DNA of 63,992 nucleotides, the filler included, from Octopus bimaculoides (taxonomy: Eukaryota), in assembly GCF_001194135.2 (NCBI RefSeq). It is 8 parts of 7 records of this genome, joined end to end, with 100 filler letters (N's around TTAATTAATTAA, not from the genome) between each part and the next. Parts side by side here need not be neighbours in the genome. Positions count along the whole stretch, not along the records: positions 1 to 10,787 come from NC_069001.1; positions 10,888 to 19,904 come from NC_068987.1; 6 more parts are not named here. The stretch is one strand, 5' to 3'. Made by a program: the position numbers and the translations under genes. The notes beneath the pieces are model-generated. The model made no database searches, was not told the origin of the DNA, and saw only the letters and a program-made list of their open reading frames with translations. Shown piece after piece: positions 1 to 11,700 of the stretch (positions are counted from its first letter, which is position 1; each line of letters starts with the position of its first letter).

Positions 1-66
1 GGGAGAGAGAGAGAGAGGGAGAGAGAGAGAGAGGGAGAGAGAGAGAGAGGGAGAGGGACTGATAGA
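1..66. repeat. (GA)n microsatellite
   Basis: Near-pure GA/GGGA run at the window start. Confidence 0.95.
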
Positions 67-164
67 GAGGGATGGAGGGGTAGACAGAGGCATGGCGCGA
101 TATACACACACACATAAACATAAACAGGCTTTCAGATTCATTTCACATACTTTCTCAATCACAT

Positions 165-530
165 GTTTCGGTTCAATGCTACTGCATGGCATCTTCTATT
201 AAGCTGTGGCCCAACCAAATCCTTGTGAGTGAATTTGGTAACCAGAAACTGAAAGAAGCCCATTGTGTTTATTTGTGTGTGTGTGTATTTTTGTGTCGCC
301 TTGTCTTGACACTGCATGGTTGTTGTAAACGAGTGTCACTGTCATACAAGTGGTGTCCTTCATTTCCAATCTTCTGTGGAAACATATCCAGCCTTGGTGA
401 AAATCTTACCTTTCTTGGAAACAGGTGAGGGTTGGTGACAGGAAGGGCATCTAATTGTAGAAGATCTGTCTCAACAAACTCCATCTGACCCATGCAAGCA
501 TGGAAAAATGGACCTTAACAAGATGATTAC
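165..530 (+). mobile_element. Degraded SINE (family A head and body) joined to an RTE-type 3' tail
   Basis: The segment ccttgtgagtgaatttggta...gaaagaagccc matches the family A SINEs elsewhere in the window. It ends in ccatgcaagcatggaaaaatggac, like the RTE 3' tails. Confidence 0.7.
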
Positions 531-544
531 ATCTATATCTGTCT

Positions 545-752
545 CAAAGCTGACAGAATGGTTAGCATGCCAAACAAAAATGTTTAGCAGTATTTTGTCT
601 GCCTTTACATACCAAGTTCAAATTCTGCCAAAGTCGACTTTGCCTTCCATCCTTTCAGGTTTGATAAGATAAATACCAGTTGAGTACTGGAGTCGATATA
701 ATCAACTTACCCCTACCCCAAAATTGCTGGCCTTGTTCCAAAATTTTAAACC
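545..752 (+). mobile_element. tRNA-derived SINE, family B
   Basis: gctgacagaatggttagc...gttcaaattctgcc...gtcgactttgccttccatcc...taccagttgagtactgg; more than 10 homologous copies in the window. Confidence 0.8.
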
Positions 753-1467
753 AGTATATACTTAGGTAGATAGTTAAATGGTATATATTTGGAATGCTGC
801 CATTGCTAAAATACCATTTTTAGAAGTCATTGGAAGAGAAATAAAAAACCTTTTTTTTTCCTTGTTTCACATTTAAATTTGTTTCTATTTCTCAAATATT
901 TTATGGTTTTCTATTCTATAAAACAGGTTTAATTCTTATATCATTTTAATGTATTTTAAATTCTATGAATTTAAAATGCAAGAATCTGGTTAAGTTGCTT
1001 GCAGCTTAACCATATGGTCTCAGGTTCAGTCCCACTGCATAGCACCTTGGGTAAGTGTCTTCTTTTATAGTCGCAGGTGGATTTGGTAGACAGAAGCTGA
1101 AAGAAGCCGTTTGTGTGTGTGTGTTTGGAAAGTGAGAGTTAAATGATGACAAATGGTCTGATTCATGGATTAGTGAAATGAAGAACAGCATGATTTTGAT
1201 ACTTTCCAGAGACTCCACAACTAGTGGGAGGGATGAAGGACATTCACCTACCCATCCCCAACCCCTACACTGGACACTTGAACCAAATACTTTCAACAGA
1301 CTGGACTCCTCCAAAACTACAAAAAGACACTAGGTAAAACCTAACAAGCCTTTATCTTCTTTGAGCCAATGCAGGCACCTCTACATAGTCTGTTAGAAAT
1401 AGCAGTCAAATCTCCCCACCATCATACTGAACTGGCTTAAATAACCAAATGACACAGTGGAAGAAAA

Positions 1468-2340
1468 CCGGAAGAAAACCAAAACTTTCAGATAGGGACC
1501 ATCGGACTCCTACGCAAATTGTTAGAAAGGATCACAAAAGTACGACTCCCAAAATTACTGCAGAGCTTAATGACCACCTCAAGAACCCAGTTTCCACAAA
1601 AACTGTTCACTGGGAGCTGCACAAAGCTGGATTTCACAGAAGGGCTGCAATCAGAAAACCACTACTTTCAAAAACAAACATTGCAAGAGCAGTGGAAGAA
1701 TGTTATTTTCTTAGACATGTCATCTTTTACCTTATTTCCAACCACTGGCCGAGTATACGTATGGAGACAGCCAAAAGAAACATTTGACCCAAACTGCCTT
1801 CTTCCAACTGTTAAACATGGAGAAGGATCTGTGATGATCTGGGGAGCTATATCTTGGAACTCTGTTGGCCCAATGGTTTCCCTTCATGGCAGAATTAATA
1901 GTCAAGACTATTAAAGCATTTTATCTGATCAAATTCATCCTATGGTTGCGGAACTGTTTCTGGAGGAAACGCAATCTTTCAGGATGATAATGCACCAATT
2001 CACACAGCTAAGTTTGTTACTGAATGGCACAAGGAACATTCTAGTTAAGTTGAACATCTTATCTGGTCACCACAATCTCCAGATCTCAATATTATTAAAC
2101 ATTTATGGCGCATTTTAGAAAAGCAAGTGAGGAGTTGATATCCTCCACCATTGTCACTACAAAGAATTGAAGACTGTTTTAGTGAAGAATGGACAAAAAT
2201 TCCTTTGGAAACAATTCAAACTTTGTTTGAGTCCATACCTTGTAGAATTCAGGCTGTAACTACTGCCAAAGGCAATCCTAACCCATATTAAATTTGTTTG
2301 AAATTTTAAGGTGTTTCCATAATTTTGTCCAACTCCTGTA
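1468..2340 (+). mobile_element. Tc1-family (DD34E-type) transposon, 5'-truncated, with broken transposase
   Basis: Translated pieces GRKPKLSDRD..R, VIFLDMSSF, GSVMIWGAIS, QDDNAPIH and SPDLNIIKHLW. The 3' TIR gtgtttccataattttgtccaactcctg-TA at 2311-2340 is the reverse complement of the 5' TIR of the copy at 63418. Confidence 0.92.
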
Positions 2341-2499
2341 TATATATAAGTTCAGGATTCAAGCAAATCAGGTCCTTAAATAGTAAAGCAGCAAGGTTGG
2401 GTCAATGAAAGGACTATCATGTGCAAAATAACACTAGAGAAACATATACATACATTCCAAAGTAAAGACAGATATATATTCCAGTTGCATGTACAATCA

Positions 2500-2556
2500 T
2501 GCAAACACATCTGAAACAGCTGTAGTGAGCGAACCACTATCCATTTATTGTTATTT

Positions 2557-2601
<45 letters not shown>

Positions 2602-2661
2602 TAGCCACTACACATTCTTTATTTTCTCTCCCTGTTTCTTTCTGTGTTCCTTTCTGTGGAA
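2500..2661 (+). mobile_element. PLE-type 3' repeat, truncated by a gap at the hammerhead core
   Basis: ttctctccctgtttctttctgtgttcctttctgtgga resembles the pyrimidine tract plus ctttctgttga that precedes the hammerheads at 17908 and 47319. Confidence 0.5.
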
Positions 2662-2671
2662 NNNNNNNNNN

Positions 2672-2710
<39 letters not shown>

Positions 2711-2839
2711 AATATATGTATATATATATTGATCAAGTCATGTGATTGCACAAAGGTTATTCCTCATTAGCTTAAATAACTAATAATAAATGGCTGATAG
2801 TTAGCAAGGTGAGACACACATAAGAAAGAAGGAAACAAA

Positions 2840-2884
2840 GGACCACTGATGAGGTCACAGAAGTGTGACGAAAGAACTCTGGCC
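2840..2884 (+). ncRNA. Type I hammerhead ribozyme motif (minimal helix III)
   Basis: ggacca-CTGATGA-g-GTCAC(agaagt)GTGAC-GAAA-g(aa)c-TC-tggcc. Helix II is a perfect 5 bp, the triplet is CUC, and helix I is ggacca/tggcc with one bulge. Confidence 0.7.
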
Positions 2885-3074
2885 GAAATAAGATTAAGAT
2901 TAAGATTAATGTAATATAAAGCTGAGAAAAAAAAAAAAATTAACACCAAATATACAGTGCGTGTGTTTTTATTGGCTAAACTGGCAATATGACCATCCCC
3001 AAGTACAACAACAATAAAATAACCACTAATAGAAAATAACTAATTATAAAACCCTCTTATGCCAGTGTCACATT

Positions 3075-3245
3075 AATAGCACCCAGTACACTCTTTAAAG
3101 TGGTTGGCATTAGGAAGTGTATCCAGCCATAGAAACTATGCCAAAACAGACAAAATGGAACCCAGGTAGCTCTGCAACTGGCCAGCTCCTGTCACACCAT
3201 CCAACCTATGCCAACATGAAGAATGAACATTAAATGATGATGATC
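3075..3245 (+). mobile_element. RTE-LINE 3' end or RTE-tailed SINE fragment
   Basis: gcacccagtacactc...ggttggcattaggaag...ccaacctatgccaacatg...ttaaatgatgatgat; the same tail ends the RTE LINE at 29292. Confidence 0.75.
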
Positions 3246-3278
3246 ATCATCAATGTGTGTGTATGTATGCATATATAC

Positions 3279-3338
<60 letters not shown>

Positions 3339-4301
3339 ATATATATATATATGTATATGTANNNNNNNNNNNNNNNNNNNNNNNNNNNNNNNNNNNNNNN
3401 NNNNNNNNNNNNNNNNNNNNNNNNNNNNNNNNNNNNNNNNNNNNNNNNNNNNNNNNNNNNNNNNNNNNNNNNNNNNNNNNNNNNNNNNNNNNNNNNNNNN
3501 NNNNNNNNNNNNNNNNNNNNNNNNNNNNNNNNNNNNNNNNNNNNNNNNNNNNNNNNNNNNNNNNNNNNNNNNNNNNNNNNNNNNNNNNNNNNNNNNNNNN
3601 NNNNNNNNNNNNNNNNNNNNNNNNNNNNNNNNNNNNNNNNNNNNNNNNNNNNNNNNNNNNNNNNNNNNNNNNNNNNNNNNNNNNNNNNNNNNNNNNNNNN
3701 NNNNNNNNNNNNNNNNNNNNNNNNNNNNNNNNNNNNNNNNNNNNNNNNNNNNNNNNNNNNNNNNNNNNNNNNNNNNNNNNNNNNNNNNNNNNNNNNNNNN
3801 NNNNNNNNNNNNNNNNNNNNNNNNNNNNNNNNNNNNNNNNNNNNNNNNNNNNNNNNNNNNNNNNNNNNNNNNNNNNNNNNNNNNNNNNNNNNNNNNNNNN
3901 NNNNNNNNNNNNNNNNNNNNNNNNNNNNNNNNNNNNNNNNNNNNNNNNNNNNNNNNNNNNNNNNNNNNNNNNNNNNNNNNNNNNNNNNNNNNNNNNNNNN
4001 NNNNNNNNNNNNNNNNNNNNNNNNNNNNNNNNNNNNNNNNNNNNNNNNNNNNNNNNNNNNNNNNNNNNNNNNNNNNNNNNNNNNNNNNNNNNNNNNNNNN
4101 NNNNNNNNNNNNNNNNNNNNNNNNNNNNNNNNNNNNNNNNNNNNNNNNNNNNNNNNNNNNNNNNNNNNNNNNNNNNNNNNNNNNNNNNNNNNNNNNNNNN
4201 NNNNNNNNNNNNNNNNNNNNNNNNNNNNNNNNNNNNNNNNNNNNNNNNNNNNNNNNNNNNNNNNNNNNNNNNNNNNNNNNNNNNNNNNNNNNNNNNNNNN
4301 A

Positions 4302-4495
4302 GGTGCCAGTCATTGGATATGGTTCAATTACGATTTCGATTTCACTTGCCCCAACAGGTCTTCGCAAGCAGAGTTTAGTGTCCAATGAAGGAGAGGTTGA
4401 CATGGGTGCCAGTCATCGAATTTGGTTCGATTTCGATTTCAAATTCACTTGCCTCAACAGGTCTTCGCATGCAGAGTTTAGTGTCAAATGAAGTA
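4302..4495. repeat. About 103-bp direct tandem repeat, 2 diverged copies
   Basis: ggtgccagtcat...ttcacttgcc.caacaggtcttcgca.gcagagtttagtgtc.aatgaag starts at 4302 and again at 4405. The left edge is cut by a gap. Confidence 0.85.
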
Positions 4496-4547
4496 AAGAT
4501 ACGAATAAGTGAGCTGGCTACACTTCTGGCAGAGGCCACAGATTATG

Positions 4548-4622
4548 CTCTCACTTGGCTTGCCAGGTACTCTGAGTTTCAAGCATGTGGCTAGTCTTCA
4601 GCTGCTGAGGCCTGAATGAGAG
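4548..4622 (-). ncRNA. Degenerate type I hammerhead-like motif with extended helix I
   Basis: Minus strand: ctctcatt-ca-ggc-ctca-gcag-CTGAAGA-ct-AGC(cacat)GCT-t-GAAA-ctc(a)gag-TA-cctggc-aa-gcc-aagtgagag. The core and GUA triplet are intact; proximal helix I and the helix II closing pair are imperfect. Confidence 0.5.
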
Positions 4623-5331
4623 TTCAATTGAAGAGACTCAATGTTTACTACTGGATGTTAGCCTGTGATTGGTTGAGAAAGGTCATGCAGTATAGCAGTT
4701 TGATGTTGGTATTTCAGTGACAACAATTAGTTGGAAATACCACATGGTGAACAGGAAATCAACTACATAGTGGACAAGAGAGATGTACTTACATAGCAAG
4801 CGACCTGATCTGAGATCGTGTGCTGGAACGAAAACAGTTGCAGCGTGGAAGGTGTTTATAAGCCACTTAAGAAACACATAAAAACCGTTAGATTCACTTC
4901 GACATTTAAATTTAATTTGCCAAAATATTTTCGTTGCTTTGAGACCGTGACCTGTTCACTGACAAAATTACTTGCATATATATATATATATATAGATATA
5001 TATATATATATATATATTAGCTTAAAAGCTACCCTATCGAACAGCTTTTAAGCTAGCTCCTCTGGAGGGTTCTTCATTGGGCCTTGGGCCCAACAATCAC
5101 ACTTCATGCTTGAATACATATTAAATTTTATTAAACTTGACCAATATTTTTCAAGCAATGAACAAGTTTTATCAAAACAATGATATAATTTATCAATTTG
5201 GAACTTATTGCAAAGCTGCATGATAAACAACATTTTCTATCTTTCCATTTGGGGTCAGTACAAATAGCTTGTTTTATTCCCTACCCTTCAACAACCAACA
5301 TATAGCTGGCCACAGGCAACAATAAACTTAC

Positions 5332-5381
5332 CTATTAAAAGTTCAATGATAATTCTTGATGTACGTAGGGCCTTACTTTTC
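5332..5381 (-). CDS. Candidate internal exon of an unidentified gene
   Basis: Acceptor attgtttgtag and consensus donor ag|gtaagt flank a 50-nt segment open in one frame (KSKALRTSRIIIELLI). No homology recognised. Confidence 0.2.
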
Positions 5382-6357
5382 CTACAAACAATTATTTGTA
5401 GTAGCTGGTATGTATCTAAACTCCTGTTCGTAGTTTGAAGGAAAATTACACCACTGTTACTAAATACTATCCTAAAGGGTGCGATTTTTATGGTTTGGGA
5501 TTGCTCTAAACGTATTTGACCATAAAGATGTTTGAAATTTAGTATTTTTTAAGGTAATAATAAAATTAGTAGAATCTGTTTTCATGCAGTCAGAGTGCGC
5601 TAAGTTTCCATAGCTCCGATGGCTGATGGAATGAAAATAAGTCTGACAAGTTTTATTAATATCTGAAAATATACTAAGTTTTCAACATCTTTTATGGTAG
5701 AGAGTTATGAGAGGTAATAATGTATGAGAGAGTGAGTTCAATATGTATTTCAGTTCTGAATGTTATGAAGTACATGTAAAATGGTTAAATTACTTAATGG
5801 TTAAATGGTTAAATTACTTGATACAGTTAGAAGTGTCAGTGAATAGTGAGAGAGGGGGTTGGAGGAGTAAAGTTGAAAGAAAAGTAAATAAAGCACATGT
5901 TATGGTTTAAAACAGAAAGAGCTACCAAGAATGAAGAATAGTGGGAGTCATTGAATAGTGGGAGAGGGGGTCAGAGGAATAAAATTGAAAAAGTGTGACA
6001 CACTGACATTCACTTTCGCATTCATTATTATAGATATATAATAACAATAACAATAGTAAGAATAAATTAATGAGATCCAATATGATTGTGGTATAGACAG
6101 TTGGTTAGCCTCAAGCATAGACAAGGCTTGTCTAGATAACACAAAATAGATAATAATCAATCAATAATGTTTATTAATCAATTTATCCACTATTCATTCC
6201 ATATCAAATTAGACTGGAATTCTGATAAGATGATTGCCAATATACAACTTCAGCAACAAAAAGTTACTTATTATGCAATAATAAATCTGTGGCTGAAAAG
6301 AATTAAGTAGTTACTACACATTCCAGAAGACTTACTGAATTAATATTCTATAACATT

Positions 6358-6575
6358 AAAGTGGCAAGCTGGTAGAATCGTAAGCACGTTGGGGGAAATT
6401 CTTAGTGGTATTTCCGCTGTCTTCACGTTCTGAGTTCAAATTCTGCCAAGGTTGACTTTGCCTTTCATACTCTCGGGGTTGATAAATTAAGTACCAGTTG
6501 TATACTGAGGTTGATCTAATCGACTGGCCTCCTCCCCAAAAATTTTGGGTTTTGTGCCTAGAGTAGAAAAGAATA
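6358..6575 (+). mobile_element. tRNA-derived SINE, family B
   Basis: gtggcaagctggtagaatcgt...gttctgagttcaaattctgcc...gtgcctagagtagaaaagaat. Confidence 0.85.
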
Positions 6576-6699
6576 TTCTGTAACTTTAGGGTGCTACATA
6601 AATCTTCAGTATTCCTTCTCTTCTGGTAGTTTTCTACCTGTCATTTACAAGTTACTAACTACTCCATTCCCTTCACCCACCCATACATATATAAATATA

Positions 6700-7048
6700 G
6701 GCACAGAAGCGGTTGTGTGGTAAGTAGCTTGCTTACCAACTACATGGTTCTGAGTTCAGTCCCACTGTGTGCCACCTTGGGCAAGTGTCTTCTACCAAAG
6801 CCTTGTGAGTGGATTTGGTAGACAGCAATTGAAAGAAGCTTGTCATGTGTGTGTGTGTGTATTTGTCCCCCCAACATTGCTTGACAACCGATGTTGGTGT
6901 GTTTATGTCCCCATCACTAAGTGGTTCAGCAAAAGAGACTGATAGAATAATTACTAGGCTTACAAAGCATAAGTCCTGGGGTGGATTTGCTCAACTAAAG
7001 GTGGTTCTCCAGCATGGCCACAGTCAAATGACTGAAACAAGTAAAAGA
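6700..7048 (+). mobile_element. tRNA-derived SINE, family A (CORE-like segment ccttgggcaagtg)
   Basis: tRNA-like head with B-box-like gagttcagtccc, internal (GT)n, tail actgaaacaagtaaaaga. Confidence 0.9.
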
Positions 7049-8159
7049 AATATATATTTATATACATGTGTATGTGTGTGTATTTATATTCCTTATACTC
7101 ATCTTCTTGCACCTTGAGAATCTGCTTGCTCTGGCACTCAATCACTACCTCCTTTTACCTCATTCTCAACTTGTCCTATCCATCCTTATTTATAATGTGT
7201 AGTAGCCATGTTTCCTTTACATAGCAAAATACCTGTGCTTCTCCCTCTATCATACTTTAGCCTTTCAACACTTGGTATAAAGCCACCTCCCCTCTCAAAT
7301 ACTACCCCCCCCCTCCTAACATAGTTGTAGGTGCTTTTTCCTTTTTCTTTTTCCCTTTTCCCTGTTCTTACTTGGCAACCTCACTAGTGGTAGTGAAATA
7401 AAAAACACACCCAGTACACACTGTAATATGGTTGGCATTAGGAAGAGCATCCAACAATAGAAACCATATCAAAGCTGATGCTAGAACTTAGTGCAGCTTG
7501 ACAGATCCTGTCAAGCTGTCCAACCAATACTAGCATGGAATATATAGAAAATATGCCTCCTTCTCGCTCTCTTTCTCTCTCTGGGTGTCTGTAATTATTA
7601 TTACATTTTTCTCTAGGTTTCAGCTCTCGTCCCCATATTCTCACACTCTCCTTCTCCACTTCCACCAAATAATCAATCAATGAATGAATTCCTAGAGTTT
7701 CTGCTAATCAAAAATAAAATATCCATGTTATTTTTATTTCTCTTTTCATTCACACAATACATTTTATTTTCATATTTTTGTTAGTTTTACATTAACAACA
7801 ACAATAAAAGATAATAATATAAAATAGTACCAAAAATACTAATTCATTGTTACAGTGTGCTTCTTTCTTTTTTCTCTTTCTTTCTCACTTTCTCTCTCTC
7901 CCTCTCTCTTTCCATCATACCTTTCCTATTAAATCCTTTTCCAGCTTTTTTTTTTCCCCATCAATGACTTGAAGGAAAATTGTTACAAGTACCAAAAATA
8001 TATTTTATTAAAACCAAACTGGTCCAGATGCTTCATTAAGTTATGTTATACAAATGGTGAGGGAAGAATGAGGGGGTGGGGGACAGTTAAAATAAAAGAT
8101 AAAAAATGTTACTGGACTCAGCTGCCATCCTTTCCCCACATAAACTCTGTCATCTCTCT

Positions 8160-8573
8160 CTTCTACTCTTTTACTTGTTTCAGTCATTTGACTGTGGCCA
8201 TGCTGGAGCACCGCCTTTAGTCGAACAAATCAACCCCAGGACTTATTCTTTGGAAGCCTAGTACTTATTCTATCGGTCACTTTTGCCGAACTGCTAAGTT
8301 ACGGGGAATAAACACACCACCATCGGTTGTTAAGTGATACTGGGGGGGGGGACAAATACAGACACACAAACATAAACACACACATATATATATATACATA
8401 TACATATATACAACGGGCTTCTTTCAGTTTCCGCCTACCAAATCCACTCACAAGGCTTTGGTCAGCCCGAGGCTATAGTAGGAGACACTTGCCCAAGGTG
8501 CCACGCAGTGGGAATGAACCTGCAACCATGTGGTTGGTAAGCAAGCTACTTACCATACAGCCACTCCTGCGCC
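8160..8573 (-). mobile_element. tRNA-derived SINE, family A, full length
   Basis: Reverse complement of the 6700 and 41376 copies, from head ggcgcaggagtggctgt to tail aagtaaaagagt. Confidence 0.92.
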
Positions 8574-8582
8574 TAGTGTGGG

Positions 8583-8702
8583 ATGCTTACAGCACCTAGG
8601 TTTCCCAAGAGGTCACCTATCTAAGTACTCACTAGGCTCAACGTTGCTTAACTTCGGTGATCGGATGAGAACCGGTGCTCTCAGCGTGATATGGCCGTAA
8701 GC
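8583..8702 (-). rRNA. 5S rRNA gene copy, 120 nt, probably a pseudogene
   Basis: Minus strand GCTTACGGCCATATCACGCTGAGAGCACCGGTTCTCATCCGATCACCGAAGTTAAGCAACGTTGAGCCTAGTGAGTACTTAGATAGGTGACCTCTTGGGAAACCTAGGTGCTGTAAGCAT. The termini pair (GCTTAC/GTAAGC). Box C deviates from TGGATGGG and no oligo-T terminator follows. Confidence 0.92.
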
Positions 8703-8912
8703 ATCTGTTGATGTTATTATTAGATGAACTCATGGAAAAGAATTGGAGAAAACATGACAACACATACACATAAACACTTAAGTACAGATANNNNNNNNNN
8801 NNNNNNNNNNNNNNNNNNNNNNNNNNNNNNNNNNNNNNNNNNNNNNNNNNNNNNNNNNNNNNNNNNNNNNNNNNNNNNNNNNNNNNNNNNNNNNNNNNNN
8901 NNNNNNNNNNNN

Positions 8913-8970
<58 letters not shown>

Positions 8971-9169
8971 CTATACAAATCCAGTACACACAATTATGCA
9001 TTAACACAAACACATTTGCATATACATGTGAATAAGATTAAAATACACTATATGCACATACATATGCAGATGTGTATAAGAAGATATTAGTGTTATATAG
9101 TAGAAACATGAATTAGTTAATATGAATACCTGTTCATACTTCAGCGTTGTATGTGTGTGTGCATACATA

Positions 9170-10512
9170 CATGATGGCAGTCCACTCGTGATTGAGGATG
9201 ACCATTGCCGACCTTCGGGAACATTGTGCGCTCTAGGACTAACTTATATTTTGCATTTGCGGCTCCATTGGTGGCTAATAAGTCCTGCTCTTGACAAGCA
9301 TACACGACTGCAAACATTGCAGATTAAGCTTTCCCCATTTACTATACGAGCCGGGCGCTTTCGCTCAGCTCGCTTAAGTTCTTCATGCTGGATACATGCT
9401 CTCTCAAAAGTGCCGATCCCCTCCTTAACCTGCTTCCTCCATCTGTGACGATGACAGGCATTGTTCTCCCAGTCAGTGTCCTGCATATCACTGGCCTTTA
9501 ATGAGGACTTGACACAGTCCTTAAATCGCAGCCTTGGTTTCTGCCGAAGTCTCCTTCCATTCACAAGTTCTCCATATAGCATCTGCTTAGGAATCCTGCT
9601 ATCCTTCATTCTAATGTGTCCAGTCCAATGTAACTGTTGCTTGTGCACTATCGCCTCAATACTCAAGATATCAGCTGTCCTCAGGACCTGTGTGTCTGGA
9701 ATTTTTGAGGTCCAGCCAACATTGAAAATGTGTCTGAGACATCTCTGATGAAAGCGTTCAAGGACCCTTACCTGACGTTTGTACAGAGTCCATGTCTCAC
9801 ATGAGTAGAGGAGCAATGTCAGTACACATGCACGGTACACAGCAACTTTTGTTTGCCTTGCTATGCCATGCTGGGATCAGACATGAGACTGAAGAAACTG
9901 GAAGGAATTAGTTGCTCTCTGCAACCTGAAAGCTATTTCCTCATCCAGGGAGCAGGAATGACTGAGTCTGCTGCCCAGGTAGACAAACTTGTCTACTACC
10001 TTCAGAATTGTTCCTTCAACGAAGATAGCTGGTTTTACATATGGATTTCCTGGTGCAGGCTGGAACATTACAACAGTCTTGTCCAGGCTAATGCTGAGTC
10101 CAAATGCCTTGCAAGAAGCAGAAATGCAATTCATGAGTATTTGCATGTCATCCACTGTATGAGTGACTAAGTCACAGTCGTCTGCATAAAGGAGGTCATG
10201 AATAATAAACTGGAGAACCTTTGAATTGGCAGCAAATCAGCGAAGATTAAAGAGGTGGCCAAAAGATCGATATCTGACATATATTCCCAGAGAGCTAACC
10301 TTAGCAAAAGCATGAGTAAAAGCAGCAGCAAAGTACAAAGAAAAGAGAGTTGGGGCAAAGATGTCACCCTGCTTGACACCATTCTCTACAGGAATGGGTC
10401 CTGCCATGCCGCCACCAACATTGACCCAAGCATCCATCCCATCATGAAATGATTTAATTATAGATGCAAAGTAATCCGGACATTCAAGTTTGCCAAGTAT
10501 TTTCCATAGAAA
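9170..10512 (-). mobile_element. RTE-clade (BovB-like) LINE, 5'-truncated, frameshifted reverse transcriptase
   Basis: Translated GVKQGDIFAPTLFSLYF, DDMQILMN...FGLSISLDKT, FVYLGS, YRACVLTLLLYSCETW, RIPKQMLYGEL..G.R....PRLRFKD. Confidence 0.95.
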
Positions 10513-10573
10513 GGCCCTGTGTGTGTGTGTGTGTGTGTGTGTGCATACATACATACATGCATGCATACATACA

Positions 10574-10604
<31 letters not shown>

Positions 10605-10619
10605 ATAATTATATATATT

Positions 10620-10787
10620 CTTTCATTCTTCAATTTGTTTCAGTCATTTGACTGTGGTCATGCTGGAGCACCACCTTTTAGTTGAACAAATCCACCCCAG
10701 GACTTATTCTTTGTAAGCCTAGTACTTATTCTATCAGTCTCTTTGCCAAATCACTAAGTTATGGGATGTAAACACACCAGCGTTGGT
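10620..10787 (-). mobile_element. SINE family A, 3' half (cut by gap)
   Basis: tttgtttcagtcatttgactgtggtcatgctggagcacc...aaacacaccagcgttgg. Confidence 0.85.
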
Positions 10788-10887
10788 NNNNNNNNNNNNN
10801 NNNNNNNNNNNNNNNNNNNNNNNNNNNNNNNTTAATTAATTAANNNNNNNNNNNNNNNNNNNNNNNNNNNNNNNNNNNNNNNNNNNN

Positions 10888-11700
10888 TACAGATTTACGT
10901 TGTGGAGCTTATTTTTGTCGCCATTGTTTCGTACTTACGTGTTCAGGTTTTTTTTTTCCAGCCGCAAGTACGTACTTATAGCAGCAGCGACGCACATAAT
11001 GCCGCAGTTTCGTATAAACGGGCATCGGCTAGTATTTACGGCTTGAAATAAGTAGTTGCGGCTTTGGGCACGTTTTTGAGGCACTAGGCATGCTGTTGCG
11101 TCACCAGGTACAGATTTACGTTGTGGAGCTTATTTTTGTCGCCATTGTTTCGTATTTAACTGTTCAGGTTTGTTGTTACAGCCGCAAGTACGTACTTATG
11201 GCAGCAGCGACGCACATACTGCCGCAGTTTCGTGTAAACGGGCATTGGCTTATATTTACGGCTTGGAATACGTAGTCGCGGCTTTGGGCACGTTTTTGCG
11301 GAGCTAGGCATGCTGTTGCCTCGCCGGGTATAGATTTACGTGGTGGAGCTTATTTTTGTCGCCATTGTTTCATACTTACGTGTTCACGTTTGTTGTTTCA
11401 GCCGCAAGTACGTACTTATAGCAGCAGCGACGCACATAATGCCGCAGTTTCGTATGAACGGGCATTGGCTTATATTTACGGCTTGTTATACGTAGTCGCG
11501 GTTTTGGGCACGTTTTTGGGGCGCTAGGGAGGCTGTTGCGTCGCCGGGTACAGATTGCCGCTGTGGAGCTTATTTTTGTCGCCATTGTTTCGTACTTACG
11601 TGTTCAGGTTTGTTGTTTCAGCCGCAAGTACGTACTTATAACAATAGCGTCGCCGGGTACAGATTTACGTTGTGGAGCATATTTTTATCGCCATTGTTTC
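10888..11700. repeat. About 220-bp satellite, 3 full units plus partial units
   Basis: Unit start tacagatttacg.tg.ggagcttatttttgtcgcc at 10888, 11109, 11329, 11549 and 11658 (periods 221, 220, 220, then a 109-bp deleted unit). Confidence 0.95.

Noticed and set aside
3192-4491. Long ORFs of 200-400 aa (also near 23.4, 29.5 and 62.2 kb)
   Set aside because: They are open only because they run through N gaps and dinucleotide repeats.
4905-4970. Hammerhead-like topology on the minus strand (tttgtc...GAAA-atat...ggcaaa)
   Set aside because: The CUGANGA box is absent (agtgaacag) and helix II is mismatched in this copy.
10832-10843. Palindrome TTAATTAATTAA recurring inside gaps (also near 19949, 25584, 33793, 48825, 55722, 61512)
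   Set aside because: Always embedded in N runs (44 N on each side where counted, a 100-bp spacer). It is an assembly placeholder with stops in all frames, not biology.
10888-11700. CRISPR-like array
   Set aside because: Whole 220-bp units repeat with no unique spacers; eukaryotic context and no cas genes.
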